Shown in pieces: positions 1 to 10,669 of a stretch of 64,000 bases of DNA. How positions within the stretch are numbered: the stretch's first letter is position 1; the number at the start of each line of letters is the position of its first letter. Source of the DNA: an uncultured candidate division Zixibacteria bacterium (GTDB taxonomy: Bacteria > Zixibacteria > MSB-5A5 > GN15 > FEB-12); contig CAVTJJ010000006.1 of assembly GCA_963735035.1 (NCBI GenBank), positions 288,001-352,000 of the forward strand. Direction: 5' to 3'. The notes under the pieces are model-generated. The model saw only the letters and a list, made by a program, of their open reading frames with translations. It was not told the origin of the DNA and searched no databases. Made by a program: the position numbers and the translations under genes.

Positions 1-1334
1 ACTACGGTATGGCAACCAAACGCGATATGACCGATCCGTCGCTCGTCCGCATTTCGTTCCGCAATCCCATGCTTGGTCTCGAGAACAATTACAATGAGTC
101 GTTCAAAGCATCGTATGATCCCAAGCTCTTTGAATTCCTTACCGGAACGTACGCCTATTCGTCCAGTTACAGCGACAATTTTGAGAGGAGCACCCGCACC
201 CGATCGACTTCGCTCACTACGGGCTGGTCTATCGGTGGCGAGTTCCGACACCAGTTGCTTTTTGGCAGCCGAAAGGCCACGGTAAAAGGCCGCGGCGAAT
301 CGGCTCGGGGAACGGTACGGGGAGGAGTTCGCACTGAAGACGCTGAAGCCAAGAAGGCGGGCAAGCCCTTCTATGATCCTCTGGTTCGTGGAATGCGTTT
401 CCTGACAGGATGGCTCATGCCGGTGCGATACCAGCACACCGAAGGGTTTACCCGATCCATCCCCGGAGTGAAAAGCCGATTGCCTTGGAAATACCGCTTT
501 GGTTTCGATAAGATGGCCGAGTTCCCGATGTCCGGTTCCAGTCGCAATCCGTCCGCCGGCGAGACGCAGAACTGGGAATTGGGGTCAGGCTTCACGCTTC
601 TGGGAGGTATTACGACCACGGTGTCGTACAAGACCAACTTCCAGCAGACCCTTACGTCGGTGGGCACCGACCGCACCAAGTCAACCACCACCTCTTTCCC
701 AGAGCTTTCAATTCAGATCAGGCGGTTTACCAAGATGCCGCTGATCAAGAAGTACCTCAACTGGTTTATCGATATCTTCTCTCCTCGTACAGCGTACTCT
801 CGTCAGGTCAAGAAGGTAGACAACCTTGACCGGAACTTCACGGTCAGCCGAGGCGAGAGTATTAGCCGAAGTCCGCTCTTATCGTTGAATTTGAAAATCT
901 TCGACCGTCTGTCGCTTTCAAGTTCATACGGCATTATCCGGTCTCTGGATGAAAAGTCAAACTCCTCGACGGGTAAACCGGAAATCAGAACACGCAATGT
1001 CAAGAAGACTATCGGTGTCACCTCAAAGTATTCTTTCTCGGCGCCGACTGGCGTCTCGATTCCGCTGCTGGGGAAGATAAAGTTCAAATCGATGGTATCG
1101 ATTGACATGTCGGTTCAGTATTCTTCCAACCTGGTTGAAAATTCCAAACTGGACGGCTTGTGGGTGCCGTTTACCAATACCTCTAGTTTCTCGGCCTCGC
1201 CTGTAATTTCCTATACCTTCTCCAATCAGCTCCGTGGCGGTCTGACGGCTCGCTGGCAGGACACCAATGATGTTCTGCGTCATAGAAAGAGCCACGTCCG
1301 CGAAATCCAAATATGGACCGAGCTCCATTTCTAG
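1..1334 (+). CDS. C-terminal part of a large outer-membrane beta-barrel protein, SprA/Sov-like (5' truncated by the window)
   Basis: Ser/Thr-rich amphipathic beta-strand pattern, C-terminal aromatic residue (WTELHF), and an SPVISYTFSNQLRGG-type terminus resembling SprA-family ends. The frame appears open to the window edge. Confidence 0.55.
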   Translation, partial: YGMATKRDMTDPSLVRISFRNPMLGLENNYNESFKASYDPKLFEFLTGTYAYSSSYSDNFERSTRTRSTSLTTGWSIGGEFRHQLLFGSRKATVKGRGESARGTVRGGVRTEDAEAKKAGKPFYDPLVRGMRFLTGWLMPVRYQHTEGFTRSIPGVKSRLPWKYRFGFDKMAEFPMSGSSRNPSAGETQNWELGSGFTLLGGITTTVSYKTNFQQTLTSVGTDRTKSTTTSFPELSIQIRRFTKMPLIKKYLNWFIDIFSPRTAYSRQVKKVDNLDRNFTVSRGESISRSPLLSLNLKIFDRLSLSSSYGIIRSLDEKSNSSTGKPEIRTRNVKKTIGVTSKYSFSAPTGVSIPLLGKIKFKSMVSIDMSVQYSSNLVENSKLDGLWVPFTNTSSFSASPVISYTFSNQLRGGLTARWQDTNDVLRHRKSHVREIQIWTELHF

Positions 1335-1379
1335 GCATTTTGGGTTGACTTGGCCTAAAGCCGAGACCAAATTGCCTGC

Positions 1380-2303
1380 ATGACGCGTGCCATCTGTTCT
1401 GTCTTGGTCGCCGGACTTCTCTGGGTAGGATGCTCGAAGCCGGTTCAATCCCCTGCATTTCAATCAGAAAGAGCCCTGGGATATATCCGTCAACAGGTAG
1501 CTTTCGGTCCCCGTGTTCCGGGAACGGCGGCCTCGGCCCAATGCCGGGACTGGCTCTACAATCATTTCCGAACCCAGGGCCTGGCGGTCGACTCGGAAAA
1601 GTTTCAGCAACTGGATCCGTACACCCGGGTGGACACGCCTATGGTCAATGTTATCGCTAGATATCGCGGGAATCCTTCCGATCCTAAGGCTGTCCTTCTG
1701 TTGGCGCATTACGACTCTCGGCCAAGAACCGACTATGCCTCCGATTCAACGAAGAGGAACCTGCCTATCGACGGCGCCAATGACGGTGGTTCCGGCGTGG
1801 CCGTACTGATGGAGATGGCGAACATGTTTGCCCAGCAAGGGCCGCGCTGTAATGTGGATTTGGTCCTGGTTGACGGCGAGGACTGGGGGAAGAGTGGAGA
1901 CGCGGATTACTATTCACTGGGTGCAAAGGAATTCGCTCGTCAGGGTATCCGCGAGCGCTATCATTTCGCCGTTGTGATCGACATGATCGGTGATGCCTAT
2001 CAACAGATATATCGCGAAGACTATACCGAACGCTTCTACAAACCGATCAACGACATGATCTGGACCGCAGCCGCCGGACTGGGCGTTCGAACCTTCGTGG
2101 ATAGCGTAAGGCACACCGTCATTGATGATCATATTCCGCTTGGCGCCGCGGGTGTACCGACCGCCCTGCTGATTGATTTCGATTACAAGTACTGGCACAC
2201 CGACAAAGACACTCCCGACAAATGTTCGGCCGAGTCGCTTGGCAACGTAGGTCGGGTGCTGGCGTACATTGTTTACAACGAGTCCGTATGGCCGAAAAGA
2301 TAA
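1380..2303 (+). CDS. M28-family metallopeptidase / glutaminyl-peptide cyclotransferase-like lipoprotein
   Basis: Lipobox LWVGC; motifs FGPRVPGT, AHYDSRP, GANDGGSGV, DGEDWG, DMIG, DDHIP, WHTxxDT. Confidence 0.85.
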   Translation: MTRAICSVLVAGLLWVGCSKPVQSPAFQSERALGYIRQQVAFGPRVPGTAASAQCRDWLYNHFRTQGLAVDSEKFQQLDPYTRVDTPMVNVIARYRGNPSDPKAVLLLAHYDSRPRTDYASDSTKRNLPIDGANDGGSGVAVLMEMANMFAQQGPRCNVDLVLVDGEDWGKSGDADYYSLGAKEFARQGIRERYHFAVVIDMIGDAYQQIYREDYTERFYKPINDMIWTAAAGLGVRTFVDSVRHTVIDDHIPLGAAGVPTALLIDFDYKYWHTDKDTPDKCSAESLGNVGRVLAYIVYNESVWPKR

Positions 2304-3664
2304 TCCACACTCTGCGGGATTTTCCAGCGGTCGAAACCCTGCTTCAGTCTCCCGATCTGGAAGAAGCGCTTAGCCGGATTCCGCGTCCGGTCGGAGCGGA
2401 GATCATAAAGGCAGTAGTGGCGGAGCAAAAGCAGCAGTTTCGTGCCGACAAGGTTGAAGTTACTCATTCGTCGGTGATAGTCGCCATCAATGAAGCCCTG
2501 GCCGATGAAACTTCTGCGCGGCTGACTCGAGTGATCAACGCCACCGGAGTAATCGTGCATACGAACCTGGGACGCGCCCCACTGGCGGCCGAGGTGTTCA
2601 GGCATATAGCAGATTCTGTCGGTGGTTACGGCAACGTCGAATTCGATCTCGGGTCAGGCAAGAGAGGCGGCCGCGGCGCAGCAGCCGAACGTTACCTGGC
2701 GGTTCTGGCTGAGGCCGAAGCCGGCACGGTCGTCAACAACAACGCCGCCGCCCTCTTTGTCATTTTGAACACACTGGCGAACAAGAAGAATGTGGTCATC
2801 TCCCGGGGTGAATTGGTCCAGATAGGTGGCGGTTTTCGCATTCCGGATATTCTGAAACGCTCCGGCGCCAAACTGTCCGAAGTCGGCACGACCAACATTA
2901 CGACGATTAAAGACTATGAGCAGGCGCTCGACGACAAGACCGGTCTCATACTGAAAGTGCACAAGTCTAATTTTGTGCAGGCAGGTTTCACTCAGGAAGT
3001 CGATCTCAAACCGTTGGTGGCCTTGGGAGAAAAGCACGGCGTCCCAGTTGTGAATGACCTCGGCAGTGGCGTATTCGTGTCCACGCGAGAATTGCTGGGC
3101 TACCATGAACCGACTGTCCAGGAGTCAGTGCGCGCCGGAGCGGCTTTGACCTGCTTCTCAGGCGACAAGATGCTCGGCGGAGTGCAGTCGGGACTGATTG
3201 TCGGACGCAGAGACCTGGTGGCGCAGATCAAGAAGAATCCCTTGTTCCGAACGATGCGAGTTGATAAGCTCGTCTTCGCGGTTCTTGAGCATCTCCTCCA
3301 GGCATATCTCGACGGCAAGCATGTCGAGCAGATAAGGCTCTGGCAAATCCTGGCGTGGCCCCTTGACGAACTGCGCAGCATGGCCGCTCAAGTCATAGAA
3401 AAGGCGGGGAAACCGCCGCACGTTTCTATCGAAGCGACTTCGGCTTTTGTCGGCGGAGGGTCTATGCCGGAGCACAGCATTGATTCTATCGGATTAGTCT
3501 TTGCTTCAAGCTACAACGCCGAAAAGTTGATGGCAACATTCAGAGCCGGGTCGCCGCCGATTATCGGTCGCATCGACAACGATAGGTTCATCTTGGATTT
3601 CAAGGCGGTGGATGCAGACGATCTTCTCGTGATAGCCCGCGCCGTCAAGCACGCTCTTAAGTGA
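2288..3664 (+). CDS. selA: L-seryl-tRNA(Sec) selenium transferase
   Basis: VINATGVIVHTNLGRAPL, VNNNAAA, SRGELVQIGGGFRIPD, FSGDKMLGG (PLP lysine). Start placed at ATG 2288. Confidence 0.95.
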   Translation: MAEKIIHTLRDFPAVETLLQSPDLEEALSRIPRPVGAEIIKAVVAEQKQQFRADKVEVTHSSVIVAINEALADETSARLTRVINATGVIVHTNLGRAPLAAEVFRHIADSVGGYGNVEFDLGSGKRGGRGAAAERYLAVLAEAEAGTVVNNNAAALFVILNTLANKKNVVISRGELVQIGGGFRIPDILKRSGAKLSEVGTTNITTIKDYEQALDDKTGLILKVHKSNFVQAGFTQEVDLKPLVALGEKHGVPVVNDLGSGVFVSTRELLGYHEPTVQESVRAGAALTCFSGDKMLGGVQSGLIVGRRDLVAQIKKNPLFRTMRVDKLVFAVLEHLLQAYLDGKHVEQIRLWQILAWPLDELRSMAAQVIEKAGKPPHVSIEATSAFVGGGSMPEHSIDSIGLVFASSYNAEKLMATFRAGSPPIIGRIDNDRFILDFKAVDADDLLVIARAVKHALK

Positions 3665-3680
3665 AGGGAAGCCGTAGAGG

Positions 3681-5570
3681 ATGATTGTCGTCGGCACCGC
3701 CGGTCATATCGATCACGGCAAGTCATCAATCGTCAAACGGCTGACGGGGACTGACCCCGACCGGCTGCCCGAAGAGAAAGCGCGAGGGATGACTATCGAT
3801 CTCGGCTTCGCCTTCTACAACACCCCCGATAAGCACACTATTGCTCTGATTGACGTTCCCGGTCACGAACGGTTCGTCAAGAACATGATCGCCGGAGCGT
3901 TCGGAATCGATGCTGTCATGCTGGTAGTTGCAGCTGACGATGGCTGGATGCCTCAGTCTGAGGAACATTTCCAAATTACCCGCTTGCTGGGTGTCCGTCA
4001 CGGCGTGGTCGTTATCAACAAGATCGATTTGGTGGAACCTGACTGGCTGGATTTGCTTGAACAGGAACTGAAGAGCAAGCTAGCCGGATCGTTTCTCGAA
4101 GACGCTCCCATCTTCCGAGTCTCGGCCGAGACCGGGGCGGGGTTCGAGAAGCTCGCTGTTTATCTTCGTGAACTGTCATCTCGCCTGGAGTCCCGACGCG
4201 ACATCGGCAAGGCCCGTCTGGCTATCGATCGCTCGTTCATCCGCCCAGGCATGGGAGGTGTCGTGACAGGGACACTTCGAGGCGGGACATTCGCGGTGGG
4301 ACAGACGGTCGGCCTATGGCCGTCGGCCACGACCGCCAAAATACGCACCTTGCAATCCAACGGTCATGATGTAGAATTAGCCGTACCGGGACAGCGAACC
4401 GCCGTGTCACTCACCGGAGTTGATCGTGAGCAACTGGTTCGGGGCGGAGTCATATCGGCTCGAACCGACCTGTCATTCTTTAGCCACCATCCGATTCTCG
4501 CTTTGGAAGTCGAAATGCTGGCTAATGCCGCGGTAGAGCTGGCGGATCGAAGGCGTGTGCTCGCGATTATCGGCACTACCGAGATTGAGGGAGAAGTGCG
4601 ACTGTACGATCGCAAATTGCTTTCTCAAGGCGAGGCTGGCCTCGTGTTCTTCGTACCCGACCATCCGGTTTATGCTCTGACAGGCGACCGCTTCGTGCTC
4701 AGGCTGCCCACTCCGATGCAGACCCTTGGCGGTGGAGCGGTGCTCGATCATTTCGAAACCCTCCCGCGTCGCAAAGAATTTGAGCGATATGCCTACCTGA
4801 AAGATCGGCGGAAGTTGACGCTGGAATCGCTCGTGCAGTCCGAGTTGAAGAAGCGGGTCTTTGTTTCGCGAGAACGGTTGCTCATCGACGCCGACTACTC
4901 TGCGAATGACATCGCTGACACCGTGAGCAGACTTATGAGCGAAAAAGTAGTTGGCGAGTTCGATGGACATTTGTTCTCATCCTCGGATCTCTTGGAAACG
5001 GCCAGGCAGACTGTCGATACGTTCAAAGACGAACTGAGCGATAAGACGCATCTCAAAGGGCTCCCGATCTCGCATCTGGAACGCAAGCTGGCACATCTGG
5101 AGTCGGCGTTGCCGATCTTGCTGAGATACATGGTCCATCGCGGCGAGCTGGAACTCAAGGGTGATTTGTACGATCTTGCGGGGCGTGGGATGAGTCTCAA
5201 AGGAGTGATCAAACAGGCTCACGATGAGATTATTGAAGCTCTCACCAAACAGCGATTTAATCCACCAACGCTCGCTACTCTCGCCGGCGGGGGGAAGGTG
5301 CAGCAGCAAGCGATCAAATACATTATTGAATCCGGCGAGGGGTACAAGTGCGGATCCGATTTTCTTTTTCTCGCCGATGCCTGGAAGGAAATCTTGTCGT
5401 TCGTACGTGACTATTTGAAGAAGAATGAACGCATGTCGGTGGCTGAACTGCGCGACCGTTTCGGCTTCACCCGCAAATTTGGGATTCCCATTCTGGAAGA
5501 ACTCGACCGGTTAGGCATCACCCAGCGCGACGGCGATTTTCGTGTGAAAGGAAAGCGCTTTGAAGAATAA
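3681..5570 (+). CDS. selB: Selenocysteine-specific translation elongation factor
   Basis: [41 protein letters not shown]-terminal winged helix [13 protein letters not shown]; adjacent to selA. Confidence 0.95.
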   Translation: MIVVGTAGHIDHGKSSIVKRLTGTDPDRLPEEKARGMTIDLGFAFYNTPDKHTIALIDVPGHERFVKNMIAGAFGIDAVMLVVAADDGWMPQSEEHFQITRLLGVRHGVVVINKIDLVEPDWLDLLEQELKSKLAGSFLEDAPIFRVSAETGAGFEKLAVYLRELSSRLESRRDIGKARLAIDRSFIRPGMGGVVTGTLRGGTFAVGQTVGLWPSATTAKIRTLQSNGHDVELAVPGQRTAVSLTGVDREQLVRGGVISARTDLSFFSHHPILALEVEMLANAAVELADRRRVLAIIGTTEIEGEVRLYDRKLLSQGEAGLVFFVPDHPVYALTGDRFVLRLPTPMQTLGGGAVLDHFETLPRRKEFERYAYLKDRRKLTLESLVQSELKKRVFVSRERLLIDADYSANDIADTVSRLMSEKVVGEFDGHLFSSSDLLETARQTVDTFKDELSDKTHLKGLPISHLERKLAHLESALPILLRYMVHRGELELKGDLYDLAGRGMSLKGVIKQAHDEIIEALTKQRFNPPTLATLAGGGKVQQQAIKYIIESGEGYKCGSDFLFLADAWKEILSFVRDYLKKNERMSVAELRDRFGFTRKFGIPILEELDRLGITQRDGDFRVKGKRFEE

Positions 5571-7188
5571 GACACTCTTCTATAACGGCCGCATCTTGAC
5601 CCAGGCAGACGGCCTAACAGTCGACTCGATGGCAGTGTCGGGAAATCGTATTGTGGCGGTCGGCAATCGACTTCAACACGATCCCGACTGGCGCGCCTAC
5701 AGCCAGATCGACCTTCGCGGACGAACTGTAATACCCGGACTGGTCGACGCTCACACCCATTTCTACTGGTTCGCTCGCACACTGTCGCAGATATCGTTTG
5801 CCGGAGTCGATTCGCTTGACAAGTGTCTGAAGATGATCAAGGCGTTTTCGGAGAAGTTGCCTCGCGGCCAATGGTTGGTGGGTACCGGCCTATTCCCCGA
5901 TGGCTTCACCCGGTATCATTTGCCTGATCGGTTCATGTTAGACAAAGTGACCGGCGGCCGCCCGGCATTCATCTTCATCAAAGACACTCATTCAGCCTGG
6001 GTCAATAGCAAGGCTTTGGAGTTTGGTGGTATTACCGCCGCCACTCCCGACCCGGCCGGAGGGCATATTGAACATCTGCCTGATGGAACCCCGTCCGGTA
6101 TCCTCCGGGAGGCTCCGACCTACATGAAGCTGTTTCAGTCCATCCCTGCGCTTTCTCCACGAGCAATGGACAAATACTACCATCAGGCGCTGGAGTTCGC
6201 CTATCGCAAGGGTGTGACGGGTGTGCACTCATTCGACGGGCCTGACGGTTTCGCCTATCTGGCCGACCGGGCCGAACGGGGCAAGGTTGGCCTTCGGATC
6301 GAATATTATCCGCCGGGGGAGATGCTGCCTCACTTGGAGAAAACCCGAACACGTTACGGGATGGGCACCGATTTCTTTCGAATTGCCGGAATAAAGCTCT
6401 ACGCCGACGGTGCCCTTGGCAGCCAGACCGCCCTTTGTTTTCGCAAGTATATCGGCAGTAAGAACAACTATGGCATCGAAGTAACGTCCACATCGGACTT
6501 GACCAAAGCGATTCGCCGCGCCGCTCGTCTGGGCCTTCCGAGCGCCATTCACGCCATAGGTGACAAAGCGGTCGCCAACGTGCTGGACGCTTTCGAAGCC
6601 GCCGGGGAGACTCGCATGAAGGGAAAACGGTACCCCACAGCTTGCTGTGGGGACGACCGCCGGTTGCGTCATCGCATCGAACATCTCCAACTGGTGCGTA
6701 GGAAAGACCTGTCGCGCGTGAAACGCCTCGGTATTATCGCTTCCATGCAGCCGTCACATTGCATCGCCGACCTCGATATGGTCCAGAAATACTGGACCGA
6801 CCGGAGCGCCAACGCTTATGTTTTTCGGTCCGTACTAGATAAGAGCGTTCAGTTGGCTTTCGGCTCGGATGCACCGATAGAGTCACTTGATCCTATCGCC
6901 GGCATTGCTGCCGCGGTGCGACGAGCCCGACCGGGCAGCCGGAATGCCTTTCATCCCGAGCAGCGCCTGTATGCCACCGAGGCCCTTCATGCCTACACCG
7001 TAGGACCGGCCTACGCTGCCGGCCAGGAAGAGCGCCGAGGCTTCCTCTTGCCCGGATATCCGGCCGATCTGGCTGTCCTGGATCGCGATATTACCCGGAT
7101 TGCGCCGTCGCGCATTCTGGATACCGAGGTTCTGGCCACGGTTCTGGATGGCCAGGTGCGGTATGCCGATTCATCCTTGAAGTGGTAA
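5560..7188 (+). CDS. Amidohydrolase 3 family (YtcJ-like) protein
   Basis: PGLVDAHTH, GIKLYADGALGS, HAIGDKA, RHRIEHLQ, FGSDAP, GYPADLAVLD; TTG start overlapping the selB stop. Confidence 0.9.
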   Translation: MKNKTLFYNGRILTQADGLTVDSMAVSGNRIVAVGNRLQHDPDWRAYSQIDLRGRTVIPGLVDAHTHFYWFARTLSQISFAGVDSLDKCLKMIKAFSEKLPRGQWLVGTGLFPDGFTRYHLPDRFMLDKVTGGRPAFIFIKDTHSAWVNSKALEFGGITAATPDPAGGHIEHLPDGTPSGILREAPTYMKLFQSIPALSPRAMDKYYHQALEFAYRKGVTGVHSFDGPDGFAYLADRAERGKVGLRIEYYPPGEMLPHLEKTRTRYGMGTDFFRIAGIKLYADGALGSQTALCFRKYIGSKNNYGIEVTSTSDLTKAIRRAARLGLPSAIHAIGDKAVANVLDAFEAAGETRMKGKRYPTACCGDDRRLRHRIEHLQLVRRKDLSRVKRLGIIASMQPSHCIADLDMVQKYWTDRSANAYVFRSVLDKSVQLAFGSDAPIESLDPIAGIAAAVRRARPGSRNAFHPEQRLYATEALHAYTVGPAYAAGQEERRGFLLPGYPADLAVLDRDITRIAPSRILDTEVLATVLDGQVRYADSSLKW

Positions 7189-7213
7189 ATCGATTTCGTG
7201 GTCTTGTTTTGAA

Positions 7214-7242
7214 TTGACAGTCGGTCGGCGGGTATTCATATT
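7214..7242 (+). promoter_or_regulatory. Putative sigma70 promoter of nfeD-SPFH
   Basis: TTGACA-17 nt-CATATT, followed by AAGGAG SD before ATG 7265. Confidence 0.55.
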
Positions 7243-7264
7243 GGATTAACCAAGGAGCTTTTCC

Positions 7265-8608
7265 ATGCGATACTGCGCGACTCTCCGACTGGTGGCCGGT
7301 CTGTTACTGGGGTGCTTTGCGACATCCGTATCAGCCGATTCTTTGCCTGATTCTACAGCCTCGCGGGCGACTACTCCCGCCATTGAGCAACCGGCGCCGA
7401 AATCGCTGGTTTATACCATGTCGATCGAAGGTGCTATCGGTGCGGCTACCGCCGGACGGATTACCGACGCGGTCGAGACCGCTGAAGAAAACGACGCCGA
7501 ACTGCTCGTAATCTTTCTCGATACACCGGGTGGCTTCTCCAACGCTACCTGGGGGATCAATAAGACGATCCTTAACAGCACTACCCCGGTCTGTGTGTAT
7601 ATCGCTCCGCTGGGTGCGACCGCCGGCTCGGCCGGTGTCTATATCACCTATTCGGCCAATTTTGCGGCCATGGCTCCCACCGCCAATATCGGAGCGGCCC
7701 ACCCGGTCGGTTCGGGCGGGGAGAAGATTGACTCGGTGATGAACGAGAAGGTGACCAATGATGCCGCAGCCAAGATTCGCACGATGGCTGAAAAATGGGG
7801 CCGCAACGGCGTATGGGGTGAACGCGCTGTGCGGGAATCGGTCTCGGCGACCGCCAAGGAAGCGCTCGACAGCAATGTGATTAACATCATTGCAGTTGAC
7901 CTGGCCGATCTGCTGAAACAGATCAACGGCCGCGAAACCCAGGTACCGATGGGAAAGAAAATCATGGCGCTTTCCAGTTATAAGATCGAACCGATCGACG
8001 CCACTTTCTCCCAAAAGGTGCTGCAGCTCCTCACTTCGCCCGAGATCGTGCTCCTTCTGTTTTCGATGGGCGGTCTCGGCATCGTAATCGAACTTTACAA
8101 TCCAGGGGCCATTTTCCCCGGCGTGGTCGGCGCCATTTCGCTTATTCTGGCTTTCTACGGTATGCAGACCCTCCCCATCAACGTGGCCGGTCTGGCGCTC
8201 ATTATACTCGCCATTGCCCTGTGGGTGGCCGAGATCAAGATCGTGTCGCACGGACTGCTCTTTGTCGGCGGCCTGGTATCTTTCTTCCTCGGAGGACTTA
8301 TGCTCGTGGATACAGTTGACCCGTCCCTGAAAATCTCAATTTCATTTCTGGTGACCATCACTCTGATTATGGCGGTCCTGTTCGGACTCGTCATCTGGCT
8401 CGTGATCAAAGCCCAGCGACGGAGAATTATGGTCGGCAATGAAGGGATGATCGGCAAGACGGCTACTGCCCGGACTAACGGTCAGGTCTATGTGGATGGT
8501 GCCCTGTGGCGGGCCGAGTGCGATCAGCAACTGGTGTCGGGCGACAAAGTCGAAATCTTCGCCGTAGACAAACTGCTTTTGAAAGTTAGAAAGATTAACT
8601 CGAAATAG
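7265..8608 (+). CDS. nfeD: NfeD membrane-bound serine protease (ClpP class)
   Basis: Signal peptide, LDTPGG, AGSAG, IGAAHPV, several TM helices, C-terminal OB domain (VDGALWRA). Confidence 0.9.
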   Translation: MRYCATLRLVAGLLLGCFATSVSADSLPDSTASRATTPAIEQPAPKSLVYTMSIEGAIGAATAGRITDAVETAEENDAELLVIFLDTPGGFSNATWGINKTILNSTTPVCVYIAPLGATAGSAGVYITYSANFAAMAPTANIGAAHPVGSGGEKIDSVMNEKVTNDAAAKIRTMAEKWGRNGVWGERAVRESVSATAKEALDSNVINIIAVDLADLLKQINGRETQVPMGKKIMALSSYKIEPIDATFSQKVLQLLTSPEIVLLLFSMGGLGIVIELYNPGAIFPGVVGAISLILAFYGMQTLPINVAGLALIILAIALWVAEIKIVSHGLLFVGGLVSFFLGGLMLVDTVDPSLKISISFLVTITLIMAVLFGLVIWLVIKAQRRRIMVGNEGMIGKTATARTNGQVYVDGALWRAECDQQLVSGDKVEIFAVDKLLLKVRKINSK

Positions 8609-8620
8609 AGGAGTGCAGAG

Positions 8621-9397
8621 ATGCAATCACCACTTCCATACGGCATACTGATTGTCGTCTTCTTTGGACTGATCTTCCTGTTTAACATGATCAAAGTCCT
8701 CCGCGAGTATGAACGCGGCGTCATTTTCCGGCTCGGTCGCCTGATCGGCCTGAAAGGCCCCGGCCTGATCATCCTGATCCCCGGTATCGATAAGATCGTC
8801 CGGGTCGACTTGCGTGTCATCACCTACGACGTCCCCCCGCAGGACGTGATCACCCGTGACAACGTCTCGGTTAAAGTCAACGCGGTGCTCTATTTCCAGA
8901 TTGTCGACGCCAACAAGGCGATTGTTTCGGTCATGAACTACTTCGAGGCGACTTCGCAGATCGCCCAGACCACGCTTCGTTCGGTAATTGGCCAGCAGGA
9001 ACTCGACGACCTCCTGGCTAACCGGGAGAAGATCAACAGCGAACTGCAGCGGATTATCGACGAGCAGACCGAGCCGTGGGGCGTGAAGGTTTCTGTGGTC
9101 GAGGTTAAGAATGTCGATCTGCCGCCCGAAATGACGCGCGCCATCGCCAAGCAGGCGGAAGCCGAGCGCGAACGTCGTTCCAAGATCATTCATGCCGAGG
9201 GTGAAGCTCAGGCGGCGCAGAAGCTGGCTGAGGCGGCTACTATTATCGCAACGGCTCCGAACGCGATGCAATTGCGGTTCCTGCAGACGCTGGTCGAGGT
9301 GTCGGCCGAGAAGAACAGCACTATTATCTTCCCAGTGCCGATTGATTTGTTGGGATCGCTGAAGGACTTCCTGGACCGCGGCGCCCACAAAGTGTAG
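8621..9397 (+). CDS. SPFH/stomatin (slipin) family protein
   Basis: [54 protein letters not shown]. Confidence 0.92.
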   Translation: MQSPLPYGILIVVFFGLIFLFNMIKVLREYERGVIFRLGRLIGLKGPGLIILIPGIDKIVRVDLRVITYDVPPQDVITRDNVSVKVNAVLYFQIVDANKAIVSVMNYFEATSQIAQTTLRSVIGQQELDDLLANREKINSELQRIIDEQTEPWGVKVSVVEVKNVDLPPEMTRAIAKQAEAERERRSKIIHAEGEAQAAQKLAEAATIIATAPNAMQLRFLQTLVEVSAEKNSTIIFPVPIDLLGSLKDFLDRGAHKV

Positions 9398-9406
9398 TAG
9401 CAAAGC

Positions 9407-9514
9407 GTGCCTGGCAGATGCCTGCCCTCGACTTGATCGGGGGCCAACATCTGCCGGCGGATATGCGGAAGTGATCGGCAGGGTTAGTGATCGGCAGGGT
9501 TCCAACCCTGCCGA
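9407..9514. repeat. REP-like hairpin cluster (family A with nested 23-nt module; family B)
   Basis: GTGCCTGGCAGATG[CCTGCCCTCGACTTGATCGGGGG]CCAACATCTGCCG at 9407-9456. GATCGGCAGGGTTCCAACCCTGCCG at 9489, repeated at 43499, 59652 and 61576. Confidence 0.85.
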
Positions 9515-9554
9515 TTCCGTTGGGCATGATGAGCAATCGTTAGCACAAAGTTCA

Positions 9555-10007
9555 ATGCGTACTTTTCGGGACGAAAGCCGGACTCCTACTATCGCACAGG
9601 TTGCGGGGGGCGTAGCCCTTCTGGTTCTGGCCGTTATTCTCCCAATATTCATGACCGCCATTGGCAAGTTTAGCCTGCTGGTGGCGATATCGTCATCGGT
9701 CTTGGCCACCGTAGGTTATCTGCTGCTCGATATACTTATGTCCGCAGCCTTGGAGCTCGTGGTCGAGTTGATACGCTCCTGGCGGCCATGGTCGCACGGC
9801 CTGGTCGGTGAAGAAGCGGAAGTCCGAACGGAAGACCGAGTCTTGCTCAAAGGAGCCATCTGGAAGGCCAAGTCTGACGCACCCCTTTTCGCCGGTGATA
9901 AGGTCAGAATAATCAGCGTCCGCGGCCTGACTCTGAAAGTGAAGAAGGCCCCAGCCAGGACTGATTCCCCACCCGATAGGAGCGCACAAGGACCACAAGG
10001 ACGCTGA
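9555..10007 (+). CDS. Short NfeD-family protein (TM segments plus C-terminal OB fold)
   Basis: Hydrophobic N-terminus, then GLVGEEAEV..LKGAIWKA..GDKVRIISVRGLTLKV. The ORF-track start at 9471 lies in repeat DNA, so ATG 9555 is used. Confidence 0.7.
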   Translation: MRTFRDESRTPTIAQVAGGVALLVLAVILPIFMTAIGKFSLLVAISSSVLATVGYLLLDILMSAALELVVELIRSWRPWSHGLVGEEAEVRTEDRVLLKGAIWKAKSDAPLFAGDKVRIISVRGLTLKVKKAPARTDSPPDRSAQGPQGR

Positions 10008-10124
10008 CCGACCTGATCCGGAAGCTCACATGCCCTGTCCGCTGCGGGTGGCACATCTGCCGGCGTCGGGAAAAGAAAAGTCATTCGTGGTGGACATCTC
10101 CGTCCATCCCACACTGATTTTCAC

Positions 10125-10153
10125 TTGAACCCTTAGAGACCGCTACCTATACT
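10125..10153 (+). promoter_or_regulatory. Putative sigma70 promoter giving a leaderless transcript
   Basis: TTGAAC-17 nt-TATACT, six C residues, then ATG 10160; no SD. Confidence 0.55.
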
Positions 10154-10159
10154 CCCCCC

Positions 10160-10649
10160 ATGACTGGCAAAAGAGACGACTATATCAGCTGGGAAGAATA
10201 CTTCATGGCCGTCGCCCAGCTTTCGGCCCGACGCTCCAAGGACCCCAGCACCCAGGTAGGGGCCTGTATCGTGAACAAGAACCGGCGGATTATCGGTATC
10301 GGCTACAACGGCTTTCCGACCGGCTGCTCCGACGACGAGCCTCCCGTGGGCGCGCGAGGGGAACCTGCTCGACACCAAGTACCCGTACGTCTGCCACGCC
10401 GAAATGAACGCCATCACCAATTCCGCCAACAAGCCGGACCTCGACGGGGCCTCAATGTACGTCTCACTCTTCCCTTGCAATGAGTGCGCCAAACTCATTG
10501 TGCAGGTTGGGATTAAAGAAGTGGTCTATCTCGAAGACAAGTACCACGACAAAGACATTTTCATCGCCGCCCGACGTATTTTCGAGATGGCCAAAGTGAC
10601 CTGCCGCCAGCTCAAACCGGCCCAACACGAAATCCGAATCAGCTTTTAG
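10160..10649 (+). CDS. dCMP deaminase (ComEB-like), split by one extra base near 10340
   Basis: [14 protein letters not shown] and GYNGFP in the first frame; CHAEMNAI and FPCNECAK in the +1 frame. Removing one C gives [24 protein letters not shown]. Confidence 0.85.
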
Positions 10650-10669
10650 ACCGTAAGTCGCTTTGCTTC

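Noticed and set aside
1380..2303. Bacteroidetes Q-rule (N-terminal Gln after signal cleavage) implied by the QC-like lipoprotein
   Set aside because: The likely mature N-termini of exported proteins here (e.g. DSL, VTP, EDF, IER, EDK) do not start with Gln, so the window gives no support.
2288..5570. selC tRNA or selD next to selA-selB
   Set aside because: No tRNA cloverleaf or SelD motif was recognisable in the adjacent sequence or elsewhere in the window.
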